Part shown: one piece after another, positions 39,896-50,114 of the stretch | Layout: each line of letters starts with the position of its first letter | How positions within the stretch are numbered: position 1 is the stretch's first letter | NCBI GenBank assembly: GCA_964647565.1 | Contig: CAZYIM010000002.1 | Span: forward strand, 16,235-80,234 | Source: an uncultured Methanosarcinales archaeon | Lineage (GTDB): Archaea; Nanobdellota; Nanobdellia; Woesearchaeales; CAZYIM01 | Direction: 5' to 3' | DNA: 64,000 bases | Made by a program: the position numbers and the translations under genes | The notes under the pieces: generated by a model | Databases searched by the model: none | The model's input: the letters and a program-made list of their open reading frames with translations, nothing else | What the model was told of the DNA's origin: nothing

Positions 39896-40702
39896 TTACA
39901 TTTCCATAGGAGGTCTTGATGACTTGATTATCGAGAGGAACATGAACTGCACAAAGCCCAGGAATCCTGCAAATAACAGTAATACTGTAAGGGATATCTT
40001 AATTCCGATAAAGAGGGACATGACAACCATAAAGGCTGTGCCTAATGAGGGAACAATGACTGCGATCATCATGTAGAACATAGCTAATGGGTTAAGTTTT
40101 CTTCCATATTCCTTGACAGCGATCTGCTGCTGTCTGATAACCTGTGAAATGACTGTGTTTAAAGAGTTTGCAACATTGGCGCCAGTTCTCATGGAGTTGA
40201 GGATCTGCCACAAGATCTTTCTGAAGTTGGTTGAAGATGTGGTTGTGATCATCTCATTCAATGCATCTTCAAGAGGTGTTCCAAGATCAACCTTCTGTAC
40301 TACCTCATTGAAATATGGGCCGACAATATCATAGTTCTTGGCCAGGTTCTTGAATACCTGGTATAGCGGTACTCCTGATTCCAGCTCGATTATAAGGAAT
40401 CTGCCTGCAAAGACCAACTCCTGGTCAATCTGCATATTGATCTTATCTATCTTAACATCTGCATACCTAAGGAAGTACATGAATGCTATAAAGAAGACTA
40501 TGGGCACGAAGAAGATCACCCCTATAGACTTTAAGAATGTGAAGAAGATGATAAGCAGTCCTACTGAAAGAAAAAGGGAGCTCATAAAGGTTCTTCTGAC
40601 ATATTGTTCAGGTGTATATGGCAGCCTTGCCTGTTCAAGTTTCAGGGCTAATCCTGGAATCTTCCTGGCAATATTTTTATAGAGCAGCATTTTAAAAATC
40701 AA
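39896..40702 (-). CDS. Type IV pilus platform protein (T2SSF/TadB-like)
   Basis: ELESGVPLY, GTPLEDAL, YGRKLNPLAMFYM. Confidence 0.88.
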   Translation of the reverse strand: MIFKMLLYKNIARKIPGLALKLEQARLPYTPEQYVRRTFMSSLFLSVGLLIIFFTFLKSIGVIFFVPIVFFIAFMYFLRYADVKIDKINMQIDQELVFAGRFLIIELESGVPLYQVFKNLAKNYDIVGPYFNEVVQKVDLGTPLEDALNEMITTTSSTNFRKILWQILNSMRTGANVANSLNTVISQVIRQQQIAVKEYGRKLNPLAMFYMMIAVIVPSLGTAFMVVMSLFIGIKISLTVLLLFAGFLGFVQFMFLSIIKSSRPPMEM

Positions 40703-42263
40703 AGGGTTTGTTGTTTTTCACATATTCCATCAGATTTTCCCTGTCTGTGTAGTATTCTGCCATGATTCTTCCAACAGCATCAACATTTTCAATATTTTGG
40801 TTCACGAGATATCTTAGAATTTGTTCCTTATCCTTGATGTGTGAATCAATCTCTTTGACAGAATATCCTGTGTATAAAGAAAGGTTCTTGTACAGGTTCA
40901 TAGATGGAAAGAGCTTGACCAGTTTATCCTGTTTTGCATTATACTGCATAAGTACATTTACTTTAGCGTCTGCAAGCACCTCAGCTACCTGGAAGGTTCT
41001 CCTTGTGCCAGTTCTTCTGTTTCTGAACTGTACGATGATTAAGGAGATTGCAGGTACCAGGATCTCAGGAACATCAATAGGAGGATTGGTCAGTCGTTTT
41101 ATTGTCTCATCAGCAGTATTGGCGTGGATGGTTGCGTAGACTGAATGGCCTGTGTGGATAGCCTCGAACAAGGTTTCAGATTCCCTTTTCCTCCTGACTT
41201 CTCCAACAATGATTCGGTCAGGCCTCATTCTTAGTGAGTTTACCAGCAGGTCTCCCATGGTGATCTCGCCCCTGCCTTCAGGATTTGGCAGACGGGTGGT
41301 CATGGGCACCCAATGCAGAAACTTTGGTAGGGTTATCTCTCTTGTGTCCTCTATTGAGATGATTCTTTGGTTAGGCGGGAAAAAGTTGGTCAATACATTG
41401 AGCATGGAAGTCTTTCCAGATGCAGTTCCTCCTGCGATTAGGATACTCATCTCATACTGTATTGCCATCCAAATTAAGGCTGCTGCGGCAAATGAGATAG
41501 ATCCTGCTTTCAAGAAACGGGTGATGGTCCAGGGGTCTCTTGAGAATTTTCTGATGGTGAATGTGTTGCCTGCTGTTGAGATCGGCATGATAGTTGCATT
41601 CACTCTGTCTCCCTCAGCAAGGTGGGCGTCAAGCAGGGGCTGGAGCACAGTGATCTGCCTTCCTACTCTCCTGGCAACAATACTTGCATAATGCCGGGTC
41701 TGGTCTTCATTTAGGATGTTGACATTGGTTTTCACCCAACCGAAATTCTTATGGTATACCCAGATAGGCTCATCCACGCCATTGATGACTATCTCCTCAA
41801 GATTCACATCAGCATTCAGGATCTCTATGCTTCCAAGTCCCAGGCTTTTCTCAACCAGATAACTGGTCAGAAAACCCTTGGTCTTTTCATCCTCGTCGGG
41901 GAAGTACTTTCGTATAAGTACAGCAATAGTCTCCTTGAATCTTTCCTCCACTACATCCTTTTTCTTCACAGTGGTCAGGTCTATCATCTCAAGCTTGGAT
42001 TTCTTGATAAGTTCCTGGCGTATCTTTTCAAGGATAAACTCTGTTGTTGTGCTTAATTTGGAGATATTAACTTCATAGATAGGCACAAACTCCCCTTTTT
42101 TCATCGAGATCTTGACATGGATAGGAATATCTCCTGCATCATAATCATAACTGTCCAGGATTTTTTCCCGGGATTTAACCTTAGGTACTATTGCGGGCTT
42201 TTTATTAATGATTTGAGTCTTAGAACTGTCTTTAGATACCTTTTTTTTACGGCTTTTCAACAA
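40692..42263 (-). CDS. Type IV pilus assembly ATPase (CpaF/TadA/VirB11)
   Basis: GGTASGKTS, IEDTRE, LRMRPDRIIVGEVR, TGH/TIHA. Confidence 0.95.
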   Translation of the reverse strand: MLKSRKKKVSKDSSKTQIINKKPAIVPKVKSREKILDSYDYDAGDIPIHVKISMKKGEFVPIYEVNISKLSTTTEFILEKIRQELIKKSKLEMIDLTTVKKKDVVEERFKETIAVLIRKYFPDEDEKTKGFLTSYLVEKSLGLGSIEILNADVNLEEIVINGVDEPIWVYHKNFGWVKTNVNILNEDQTRHYASIVARRVGRQITVLQPLLDAHLAEGDRVNATIMPISTAGNTFTIRKFSRDPWTITRFLKAGSISFAAAALIWMAIQYEMSILIAGGTASGKTSMLNVLTNFFPPNQRIISIEDTREITLPKFLHWVPMTTRLPNPEGRGEITMGDLLVNSLRMRPDRIIVGEVRRKRESETLFEAIHTGHSVYATIHANTADETIKRLTNPPIDVPEILVPAISLIIVQFRNRRTGTRRTFQVAEVLADAKVNVLMQYNAKQDKLVKLFPSMNLYKNLSLYTGYSVKEIDSHIKDKEQILRYLVNQNIENVDAVGRIMAEYYTDRENLMEYVKNNKPFDF

Positions 42264-42346
42264 AATACACCTCTTTTTTTAAATGTGCCAATCCCTTCTT
42301 CTAGATAATTCATGCTTGACTATTTAAATATTGCGTAAGAAATTAG

Positions 42347-43492
42347 TTAGTCTTTAAGAAAACTCAATAAGTCAAAGATTTTCTTTCTTAAAAAAGTCTT
42401 TTTCTTTTCCAGAGAATCCATGTGTGTCTTGAGATCAGACATCTGCTTGTTGATTGTTGCGGATTTAGAAATGATATTGAATCCCTTTGCACTCTCTATT
42501 AATTCTTTGAATTCCTTCTCCAGGTTTAGCCTCAGATCATCTATGTCATCAAGTTTTTTCTCGATATTGGTCTTATAGTTCAGGAACTTCTCAAAGTTCT
42601 TTATGATGTGTTTGCTTTCCTCTGTGTATTTCTCAACAGATTCCTTTTTTTTGCTGATATTCTTGAGCATACTTTTCTGGAGTTCCTCAATTTTTTTCTT
42701 GTGTTGTGCACTTTTCTCAATCAAGGGGTTTAGGAAGCTCTTTTTGTTGCTAAGATCGGTCTCAATCCTTTCCGCCAGATTTTTCAACTCATCCATTCTG
42801 ACTTTTGAGAGATCTACGTCTTTTTCTTCTTCAGCTATCTTATCCTCAATTAGTTCGAGCTCTTCCACAAGTTTATTGATTCTTGATTTGACCTTGTCCT
42901 CGTCAGAAAGCAATTTCTTGATCTCGTCAGTTTCCTTGGAGATGTTTTCCCTTTCAATCTTGATGTCTGAAATCATGGATGCGTACTTCTGCTCATGTTC
43001 CTTTATCTATAGTGCTGCTTTTTCAACGAGATCTTCATATTCTTTCTTCTGGTTCTCAATCTCTGTCCTGAGATTCTTCTGAGCATCCTGATATTCATGG
43101 ATTTTCTTAAGATCATCTTTCATGTCTGAGATTTCAGGGCCCATTCTTGACTGCAGGTTCTTGAACTCATCCTTGATTGTATTAAATGATTCAGTCTCGC
43201 TGTCTAAAACCCTGATTGCAGATTCTACTTTCCTGATAAATGCATCTTTTTTGGATGAGTACTCTGTCTGTTTTACTGCTATCTCTTTCTTGCTCAACCT
43301 TCTTTCAACCAGGAAAACCTTTGAAAGAGAGTATTCGATGCTTATCAGACCCTGTTCTTCAAGAAAGTTAGCCCATTCCTGGACTACCATTGGGCTGACG
43401 TTTAGCTCTTTAGCAGCTACATTGAGTTCAAGCTTCTTTTCCTTGGCTACCAGAGCAACAAGCCTGTCCACACCCGTTTCAATCTTATCCAT
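42347..43492 (-). pseudogene. Coiled-coil protein interrupted by a single in-frame TAG
   Basis: ORFs 43007-43492 and 42347-42976 are in the same frame and read ...AAL*IKEHEQKYASMISD..., with TAG at 43007-43009. Confidence 0.6.
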
Positions 43493-43555
43493 AGTTATTC
43501 TGAAGAATGAGCAGTATAAAAAGATTTCTATTTGATGATGCTGCATTAAAGATAG

Positions 43556-43777
43556 AAAATAAGTATTCATCTCTGGCACAGATGGACTTTCTGCGAAAGT
43601 CCTACCCTCCCAAGGGTTACGCCCCTTGAGGACGTGTGCGGCTTTCGCCTTTGGCTCAGTCCCACTCTTTAACTAGCCCTTCGGGAATGCATATTGTCGG
43701 CTCGCCCGGCCATGGTTCGCAAGCCTCTTTGCGAACCCGAGAACGAACGAAGTGAAGTGACCATGAATGCTTATTTT
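43556..43777. repeat. Structured repeat element, copy 1 (222 bp, terminal inverted repeats)
   Basis: Ends AAAATAAGTATTCAT / ATGAATGCTTATTTT; GC-rich internal hairpins; homologous to 61505-61784. Confidence 0.9.
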
Positions 43778-43796
43778 ATGATACTAGAACTTGTCT

Positions 43797-44753
43797 TCAA
43801 CAACTTGTGTAGTTCAGTTGGTTGATCTCGTAATCATTTATATGTGCGTCATCTATCTTGAACCAGTCTGGCATGGTGTCTATTTCGCAGTTGAGGTTGG
43901 TAGTGGTGTTGCCGAAGTATAGGTAGTCTACAACACTCAGTTCTGTGTCGATGTCAATGTCCTGGCTTTGGAGCAGATCAAGATCCACAAAGCTCTCAAT
44001 ACCGTTCGGATTATCTGAGAAGTTGCCTGAGAATCGCATAATGAAACTAGGTGCCTTATCTGAGCTCTTATAGTAGGATTGATTCTGGAATAGCTGCAGG
44101 TTGCTTGAGTCCTTAGTGACATTATCTACAAAGTCAGTTGTGTTGAATTGGCTTATTGGATTTTTTAATCTTCCGAGAGTTCCTACACTATAGAGAGGAT
44201 CAAATAGATTGTCTATTGGGACAAACGTATCGTAGTCTTGGATAAAATCCCATCTGGCACTGTTAGATGCATCTGTGAGATTCACTTCGAGGGTGATGAC
44301 AACCTTTACAATCCAGGGGGTTTCTTGTGTGAAGTTGATCGAACTTACTGATAACTCAGTTTGCATGTTCCGTCTGTTTGCGTTTTGGTTTACCCTGTTT
44401 AGGTATTCCTCCAGACTAGCATTTTCCATTATAGATTGAGATGTTCCATTGATAGTGCCGTTATAGATTATCTCTGTGAACATGCTTTCGAGGTTGGGCA
44501 GGTAGCTTCCTTGCTCAACGATATGGTTTTCAAGAGCTAAAAATGTCCTGAAGGTAGCGATGAATACAGCACGATCCAGGTCCCTGTCAAAGTCATCGAG
44601 AAAATCATTCATAGCCATAACCCTTGATACAACTACCTCTTTGTTGTTGCCTATAAACTTGGTCTTTTCAGAGGCGTAGATTGAGAAAAGCACAGCTATA
44701 AGAAGTATGACGATGAATGTGTACATGAATCCTTTCTTGCTGCCTAATACCAT
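43797..44753 (-). CDS. Pilus-associated pilin-like protein
   Basis: Class III-like signal KKGFMYTFIVILL; many N-x-S/T sequons; last gene of the pilin operon. Confidence 0.75.
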   Translation of the reverse strand: MVLGSKKGFMYTFIVILLIAVLFSIYASEKTKFIGNNKEVVVSRVMAMNDFLDDFDRDLDRAVFIATFRTFLALENHIVEQGSYLPNLESMFTEIIYNGTINGTSQSIMENASLEEYLNRVNQNANRRNMQTELSVSSINFTQETPWIVKVVITLEVNLTDASNSARWDFIQDYDTFVPIDNLFDPLYSVGTLGRLKNPISQFNTTDFVDNVTKDSSNLQLFQNQSYYKSSDKAPSFIMRFSGNFSDNPNGIESFVDLDLLQSQDIDIDTELSVVDYLYFGNTTTNLNCEIDTMPDWFKIDDAHINDYEINQLNYTSC

Positions 44754-47440
44754 ACATTCACCTCTGTTAGTGATGGCCCCCAAAGGTATGGCACACCAGG
44801 TACAACCACAACCACAACCTCTAAGTCTGCCTGGTTTATGTTGATGAGCAGTCTTCCATCATTATCATAGTCAAACTGGCTAATCAAGGAATATACCGCA
44901 AAGTCATATGCATCATCACTATCGTAGCTGATGCTTGCTGCTGTGTATTCACAGTTGTCGCTTCCGCTGTAAGTTTGTGGGATTGTGAAGTTGAGGAAAT
45001 CTCCGTCTTCGAATTCAACCCTCCAATGACAGCCAATGGCAGTTGGTTTGACGTCTGTGAACACAGTTGAGGAATTGGCAAGTGCTGTGTATATGACTGA
45101 GTTGTTCATTGAACAACCTGTTATGTTATCAGGCGTGTCTGCAGTATTGAATGTTATGTTGTTGATGCCATGGATCAAGAGGTTGACTGGTATCTGGACA
45201 TAGAAGGGATCTCCTAGTCTTGGATAGGGCACTAGGTATTCTGACATGTTGAAGACTGTGATGTTGTTTACAACCAAGGTATTGGTCCAATGGGAGCCAG
45301 AATATGAAGTGAGTTTAGCATCAACAACCCTAAGGCCTTCGAATACCTCAAAGTTGGTGTCGCAGGAGTCAAAGGTGTTTGTCTGGAAGACAAGGGATAT
45401 CTCTCCGGATTCAGGAGGATCTACAATAGGCGTATAGTTGAACTCGATAAAGGAGTCGTCATAGAGCATAGCAGGTGTGTAATCTCCCTGGACATTAATC
45501 AGCTGGCTTGATTGGTTGATTCGTGTTAGGATGTCGTATGCTATCTCTTCATAGATCTCTTTTAGTCTTGTTGTATTGCTGCTGTTCATGTATGTGCCGT
45601 TGCCAATAGTTGCAACCTGCTCTAAGAGGGCGACTGCGCTTGAGCATTCTGAAATAAGGCCGAATCCTACAGAGAAGACTGTTGTATTGAGATCGTCTAC
45701 AGCTCTTTGGACGCTGAAGATGGTGTGGTTGATTGCCTCTTCACAGGCATTATCATTGCAGCCCTCAAAATCACATGATCCCCCTCCTCCCTGGGTATCG
45801 CAATACCCTTCACAGATTTCAGGTGTTAAGTAGTCATCAGATGTGCCTGAGGTACAGTTGTCCTCTGCGCAGTGAGTAGGCACGCCATCTGTCATGAACA
45901 CGATGAATTTTGCCCTTGATGAATTGCTGAATGAATCAAGGATATCATATGCTCTGTTGACTGCACATGAAAGGCAGGTCTGGTCTTTTCCCTGGGGACC
46001 GAAATTGGAAATATAGCTCTTGATTGCATCTTTATCAGAAGGATTATTGTACCATTCGATTTCGTCTGAATGCAAAAAGACAGGCCAAATACGATTGCCT
46101 GTATAATTCATGACTATATCTACTAGTTCATTGTCAACGCATCTTGCCAGGTGGCTCTTCCTGGCATCATCATATCCGTAAAGTTCATCACAATCTTTCA
46201 CTCCTGTTCCAAGAGCAGTATTGTCGCTGACTGCCTTTTTCATGCTTCCTGAGAAGTCTGTTATTAAGACGATATCTGCATTGCCTCCTGTAACAATCTC
46301 TGATGTGTAGTTGTATGATGCGAACCTGATCGGGATGGTCTTGTTGCTCAGGAAGACATAGTCCAGGTTCTGCGGTGCTTGTTGAAGATAGGTGCTGTTT
46401 AGATATGCTTCGATGTCTGTTCCATTGGCAACATGTTGATATGCTGTCTTCTCACCAATCGTGATATATGTTGTTGAGTTGGAGTTGTAATGCAGGTAGA
46501 TGCCCATGCTGTTTAGGGTTCCTGGAATGTAAAAGGAATCATAGAGATTAGGTATACCCTCGATCCTGGGGAAATAATAGCGCAGGGTTCCTGGTGTTGA
46601 AGCATCCTGTATCTGTTCTGTATGATAAGTGAGCTTAACATATCCTCCTGCGATGTATGAATTGTTGATACCTTCAAAGACAAAAGTAAAATTGTTCTGC
46701 CCGGGTATTATTGAGCTATTGCATCCTGTTATATCCCATCTGTCTGCGCTCATGTTGAAATGAGCAGGTTCAAATTCGCTGTTGCATTGATCGCCATTGA
46801 TGTACAAGGTGAAGTTAGATGCGACATCTAGCTCCAGTATGAGTTCCTGGATGGATGAGCTGTTTACATCGTCAGGTATATCCCGAATTGAGCCTGTGAT
46901 ATTGCCTTGGCCTACAAAGCCCCCGAAATATAGGTAGGATGAGAACGGTTTGTTCCTGATCTTCCTAAGATAAGCTGAGGATGCGGATCCGGTTGTAGGA
47001 AGGCCTTGGGCAATTCCCGATATCATTCGCCTTGCAGTGACCAGGTTGTTGACATTTGTTATGTTCTTGCTGTATACTGTCTCATCACCTATCTTGAAGC
47101 TGAATCCAAAACGATCTGGAAGGGAGTCGTTAACCACTATATCTAACAATCGGTCGATGTAGACATAATTGCCATTCACCCAGTAGTTTCCTACTTGTAC
47201 AAGTATTGAAACGTTTGGATCTGATATGCTGCCGTTGGATATTTGTGCCTGTACCCAGCTATTGTTGAGTTCGTTTATCTTTATCTCGCTTATTGCATTT
47301 GTTATGTCCTTTGAGACATAGTCTATCTGCCTGATATCTGGTTTGGAGTCAGTAAACTGGAAGATCATGTAAGCTGCTGTTATCAATAGCACTGAAGCTA
47401 GGAATGCGTCAATGCTGAAATATAGTGCTTTCCTGTTCAT
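44744..47440 (-). CDS. vWA-domain pilin-like adhesin
   Basis: MNRKALYFSIDAF class III-like signal; MIDAS motif DFSGS and FMTDG; Cys-rich insert. Confidence 0.85.
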   Translation of the reverse strand: MNRKALYFSIDAFLASVLLITAAYMIFQFTDSKPDIRQIDYVSKDITNAISEIKINELNNSWVQAQISNGSISDPNVSILVQVGNYWVNGNYVYIDRLLDIVVNDSLPDRFGFSFKIGDETVYSKNITNVNNLVTARRMISGIAQGLPTTGSASSAYLRKIRNKPFSSYLYFGGFVGQGNITGSIRDIPDDVNSSSIQELILELDVASNFTLYINGDQCNSEFEPAHFNMSADRWDITGCNSSIIPGQNNFTFVFEGINNSYIAGGYVKLTYHTEQIQDASTPGTLRYYFPRIEGIPNLYDSFYIPGTLNSMGIYLHYNSNSTTYITIGEKTAYQHVANGTDIEAYLNSTYLQQAPQNLDYVFLSNKTIPIRFASYNYTSEIVTGGNADIVLITDFSGSMKKAVSDNTALGTGVKDCDELYGYDDARKSHLARCVDNELVDIVMNYTGNRIWPVFLHSDEIEWYNNPSDKDAIKSYISNFGPQGKDQTCLSCAVNRAYDILDSFSNSSRAKFIVFMTDGVPTHCAEDNCTSGTSDDYLTPEICEGYCDTQGGGGSCDFEGCNDNACEEAINHTIFSVQRAVDDLNTTVFSVGFGLISECSSAVALLEQVATIGNGTYMNSSNTTRLKEIYEEIAYDILTRINQSSQLINVQGDYTPAMLYDDSFIEFNYTPIVDPPESGEISLVFQTNTFDSCDTNFEVFEGLRVVDAKLTSYSGSHWTNTLVVNNITVFNMSEYLVPYPRLGDPFYVQIPVNLLIHGINNITFNTADTPDNITGCSMNNSVIYTALANSSTVFTDVKPTAIGCHWRVEFEDGDFLNFTIPQTYSGSDNCEYTAASISYDSDDAYDFAVYSLISQFDYDNDGRLLININQADLEVVVVVVPGVPYLWGPSLTEVNVWY

Positions 47441-47441
47441 C

Positions 47442-47942
47442 TTAGTCCCAAACATATAGGATCATAGACACGATGGTCGCATCATGTACAACAAACCTTT
47501 CAATCTTGATTAAGTTCTTATATGTCTCTGTGATATTCACTGAGTTATTGGTTATTGATGCTGCGGGATGTCCTTGGCCCAGTTCGCCGCTTATGTTCAA
47601 TATGCTGTCATTCTTAGTGAAAAAGTAAAAATAGTCGGATTTGATGCCCAATAGGCCTTTTGACCTGTCGTAGCTAATCTTCCTGAATTCGTCAAGTTTG
47701 GTAAGATTCAGTCTTGAGCTGTCAACAATACCTGGAGTGAAGACTGAGCTGTTGGTCCAGTTCCTTGGAAATCCTGATGTCATCAAAAGCTCTGATAATT
47801 CTTGTCCTTCTGAATAAACTACTTCAAATGAGTCATCAAGGAATGTGTTGAATATGAGTTTTGTTATCAGAATCATAGCTATCATGAATATCAGAAAACC
47901 TACGATGAAATCCGTCGTCCACGCCTGGGCTTTAGCTGACAT
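47442..47942 (-). CDS. Minor pilin-like protein
   Basis: MSAKAQAWTTDFIVGFLIF class III-like signal. Confidence 0.8.
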   Translation of the reverse strand: MSAKAQAWTTDFIVGFLIFMIAMILITKLIFNTFLDDSFEVVYSEGQELSELLMTSGFPRNWTNSSVFTPGIVDSSRLNLTKLDEFRKISYDRSKGLLGIKSDYFYFFTKNDSILNISGELGQGHPAASITNNSVNITETYKNLIKIERFVVHDATIVSMILYVWD

Positions 47943-48312
47943 AGACCTCACCACCAATATTTCTTAATGTATTGGTTCCCTTGGATAGGGTACCATTGAT
48001 CCTGGGTATCCTGTAGTAAAGTGCGCCTCTAGAATATTCCAGTTGGAAATAGTTATTTCCATTCGAGATGTTGAATGATACAGTTGTTATCTCATCAGGT
48101 ATTTCAATATCCCGTTGATAACCAGGACTGACAGCTGATGCAAGCCCAATCTCCCTTTGCAGGTTTTTCCCAAAAGTTTCTAATTCTAGCTCTTTTTGAT
48201 CCAGTGAGTAGTCTTTGTAATAATCGAGAATGATCATCAGAGACATGGTTGTGAGCAATATAGCTATTCCTATGTATGTCATGAATTCGATAGCTACTTG
48301 TCCTTTCTTCAT
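47932..48312 (-). CDS. Minor pilin-like protein
   Basis: MKKGQVAIEFM class III signal. Confidence 0.85.
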   Translation of the reverse strand: MKKGQVAIEFMTYIGIAILLTTMSLMIILDYYKDYSLDQKELELETFGKNLQREIGLASAVSPGYQRDIEIPDEITTVSFNISNGNNYFQLEYSRGALYYRIPRINGTLSKGTNTLRNIGGEVYVS

Positions 48313-48716
48313 GATTCCTGGATCAGCACGTTGTCAAGCTGTGCTGTGACTGTGATGATGTGCAGACCTGCTTCAGTAGATAATGAACCTGTGAGATTTG
48401 CTTTGGATGTCTTGTCCATTGTATATTCTACTGTTCCCTTGCTTATGTTGAAGGTGATGGTCTGGTTCTCTATTGCGATGTTGTTAACCTGTTTTGGCAT
48501 ATAAAGTCTCAATTGCTGCTGGGCAGGAGGTCCCTGGTAATAGACAGTATCTGCAGCTCCAACAACAGTTTCTAGTATCTTATGTACTTGCGAGTCTGTG
48601 ATATCCTCGTTAAAATTCCTGCTTTGCGTTAGGAATAATATTATGGTTGGAATAAGCATAAGAAAGATCAGACCTGTAATCATAAGGTATTCCATAGCTA
48701 CCTGTGCTTTAGACAT
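48309..48716 (-). CDS. Minor pilin-like protein
   Basis: MSKAQVAMEYL class III signal. Confidence 0.85.
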   Translation of the reverse strand: MSKAQVAMEYLMITGLIFLMLIPTIILFLTQSRNFNEDITDSQVHKILETVVGAADTVYYQGPPAQQQLRLYMPKQVNNIAIENQTITFNISKGTVEYTMDKTSKANLTGSLSTEAGLHIITVTAQLDNVLIQES

Positions 48717-48820
48717 AATCTGGTTTGGGGTGTTGAATATTTAAAATGATGTTACTATTTCTGTGTAAAGATGCTGCTTGTTTGATAAAGCTTATAAATA
48801 GTTTGACCTTACGTAAGTAA

Positions 48821-49411
48821 ATGATAATTACAATATCTGGGGCAGAAGGCTCTGGGAAGAGTTCTGTTGGGAAGTCGTTGGCTTTGAAATTAGGTTTTGA
48901 GAGTTATTCTGTGGGTGACTTTAGAAGAGCGCTTGCCAAGAAGCATGGAATGACTCTGGTTGAACAGAATGAGATTGCTAAAACAGAGGACTGGGTTGAC
49001 AAGGCAGCTGATCAGCTGTTCATTGAGCATACACAGCAGCATGATGATTTTGTGATAGATGGAAGGTTGGGTTTCTATTTTGTCAAGAAAGCTATTAAGG
49101 AGTTTGATCTGGACAAGAAATCTCTTCATATATATCTTGATGTTGATGAGGTTGAGGCTGCCAAAAGAATATGGAAGTCTGTCTCTTCTGGTGTTGAAAG
49201 GAATGAAGGTACTTTCCATAGTCAGATGGATGTGCTGCATGAGATAAGGCAAAGGAACAAGAATGACTGCGAGAGATATCTTAGATATTATGGGTTAGAT
49301 ACTAAGAAAAAAGAGCACTATGATCTTGTATTGGATACGACTTCGAAGAGTGTTGAGGAGGTTGTTGAACTGATTCTGGGGATATTGAAGGGAAAAGGAT
49401 TGTTGAAGTGA
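48821..49411 (+). CDS. cmk: Cytidylate kinase (archaeal type), paralog 1
   Basis: ITISGAEGSGKS, GDFRR, DGRL, RYLRYYG, YDLVLDT. Confidence 0.85.
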   Translation: MIITISGAEGSGKSSVGKSLALKLGFESYSVGDFRRALAKKHGMTLVEQNEIAKTEDWVDKAADQLFIEHTQQHDDFVIDGRLGFYFVKKAIKEFDLDKKSLHIYLDVDEVEAAKRIWKSVSSGVERNEGTFHSQMDVLHEIRQRNKNDCERYLRYYGLDTKKKEHYDLVLDTTSKSVEEVVELILGILKGKGLLK

Positions 49412-49471
49412 GTTGGTTTTTCAGAAAAGTAGATTCTTAATTGATTTTGACAGGTATAGAAGTTCTTGTCA

Positions 49472-49939
49472 TCACCAGGGTGTGTTCTTGAACTTGACGT
49501 CCTTGTCTGTGGTCTTTGTCCTTACGATGTGATATGGTTGTGAGAGTGCGGTGGTAGTTCCTTCTCCTGGACCTGGCTGTTTTTCAGCAACATAGACATC
49601 CAGTGTGTTTTTTCGTTCTAAGATCTCACTGACTTTGATCTCATAGCCGCCTGAAGACTGCTCTCCCATAAAGACCCCTATCAGCATGTCTTTTTGAAAA
49701 TCTACATCTGCAGGACCCACTATAGGCAGCCGTCCGTCAATCACCTTTACCCAGAGGGTGTTCCATGCAGCCTCATCCTTTACCACGTAGTTCTTCCTTT
49801 CGGTGTGGCCGCAATGATATCCCTGTTCGATTGTATTGAACTCTTTTTCAATACTTGGTTGGGGTTCGGTTACCCTGCTGCAGCTGCAGACAATGGCCAA
49901 TAGGCTAGCAGTCATGATCAGTTTTGAGCGTATTGTCAT
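49472..49939 (-). CDS. PrcB C-terminal domain lipoprotein
   Basis: Lipobox-like VCSC; VDFQKDMLIGVFMGEQSSGGY...ALSQPYHIV. Confidence 0.8.
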   Translation of the reverse strand: MTIRSKLIMTASLLAIVCSCSRVTEPQPSIEKEFNTIEQGYHCGHTERKNYVVKDEAAWNTLWVKVIDGRLPIVGPADVDFQKDMLIGVFMGEQSSGGYEIKVSEILERKNTLDVYVAEKQPGPGEGTTTALSQPYHIVRTKTTDKDVKFKNTPW

Positions 49940-50114
49940 CTTAAGAATATAGTTAAAAAAAGATATATAAATTTTTTCAATAGGATTGTGCTTTGGGATT
50001 CTTTTTTTAGTATCTGCTTCGGGCTTTATATTGAGATCATAGTTTATATTTTGTTTACCCTTATTCAGTGGTAAAAAACAGAAACTTTATAAACGGTGAG
50101 CCGGTTGCAAGCAC

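Noticed and set aside
43556..43777. Repeat element as hammerhead ribozyme, RNase P RNA or SRP RNA
   Set aside because: CTGA...GAAA lacks the full CUGANGA core and GAAA is lost in copy 2. The GAAAGTCC motif is absent from copy 2. No SRP helix 8 motif is visible.
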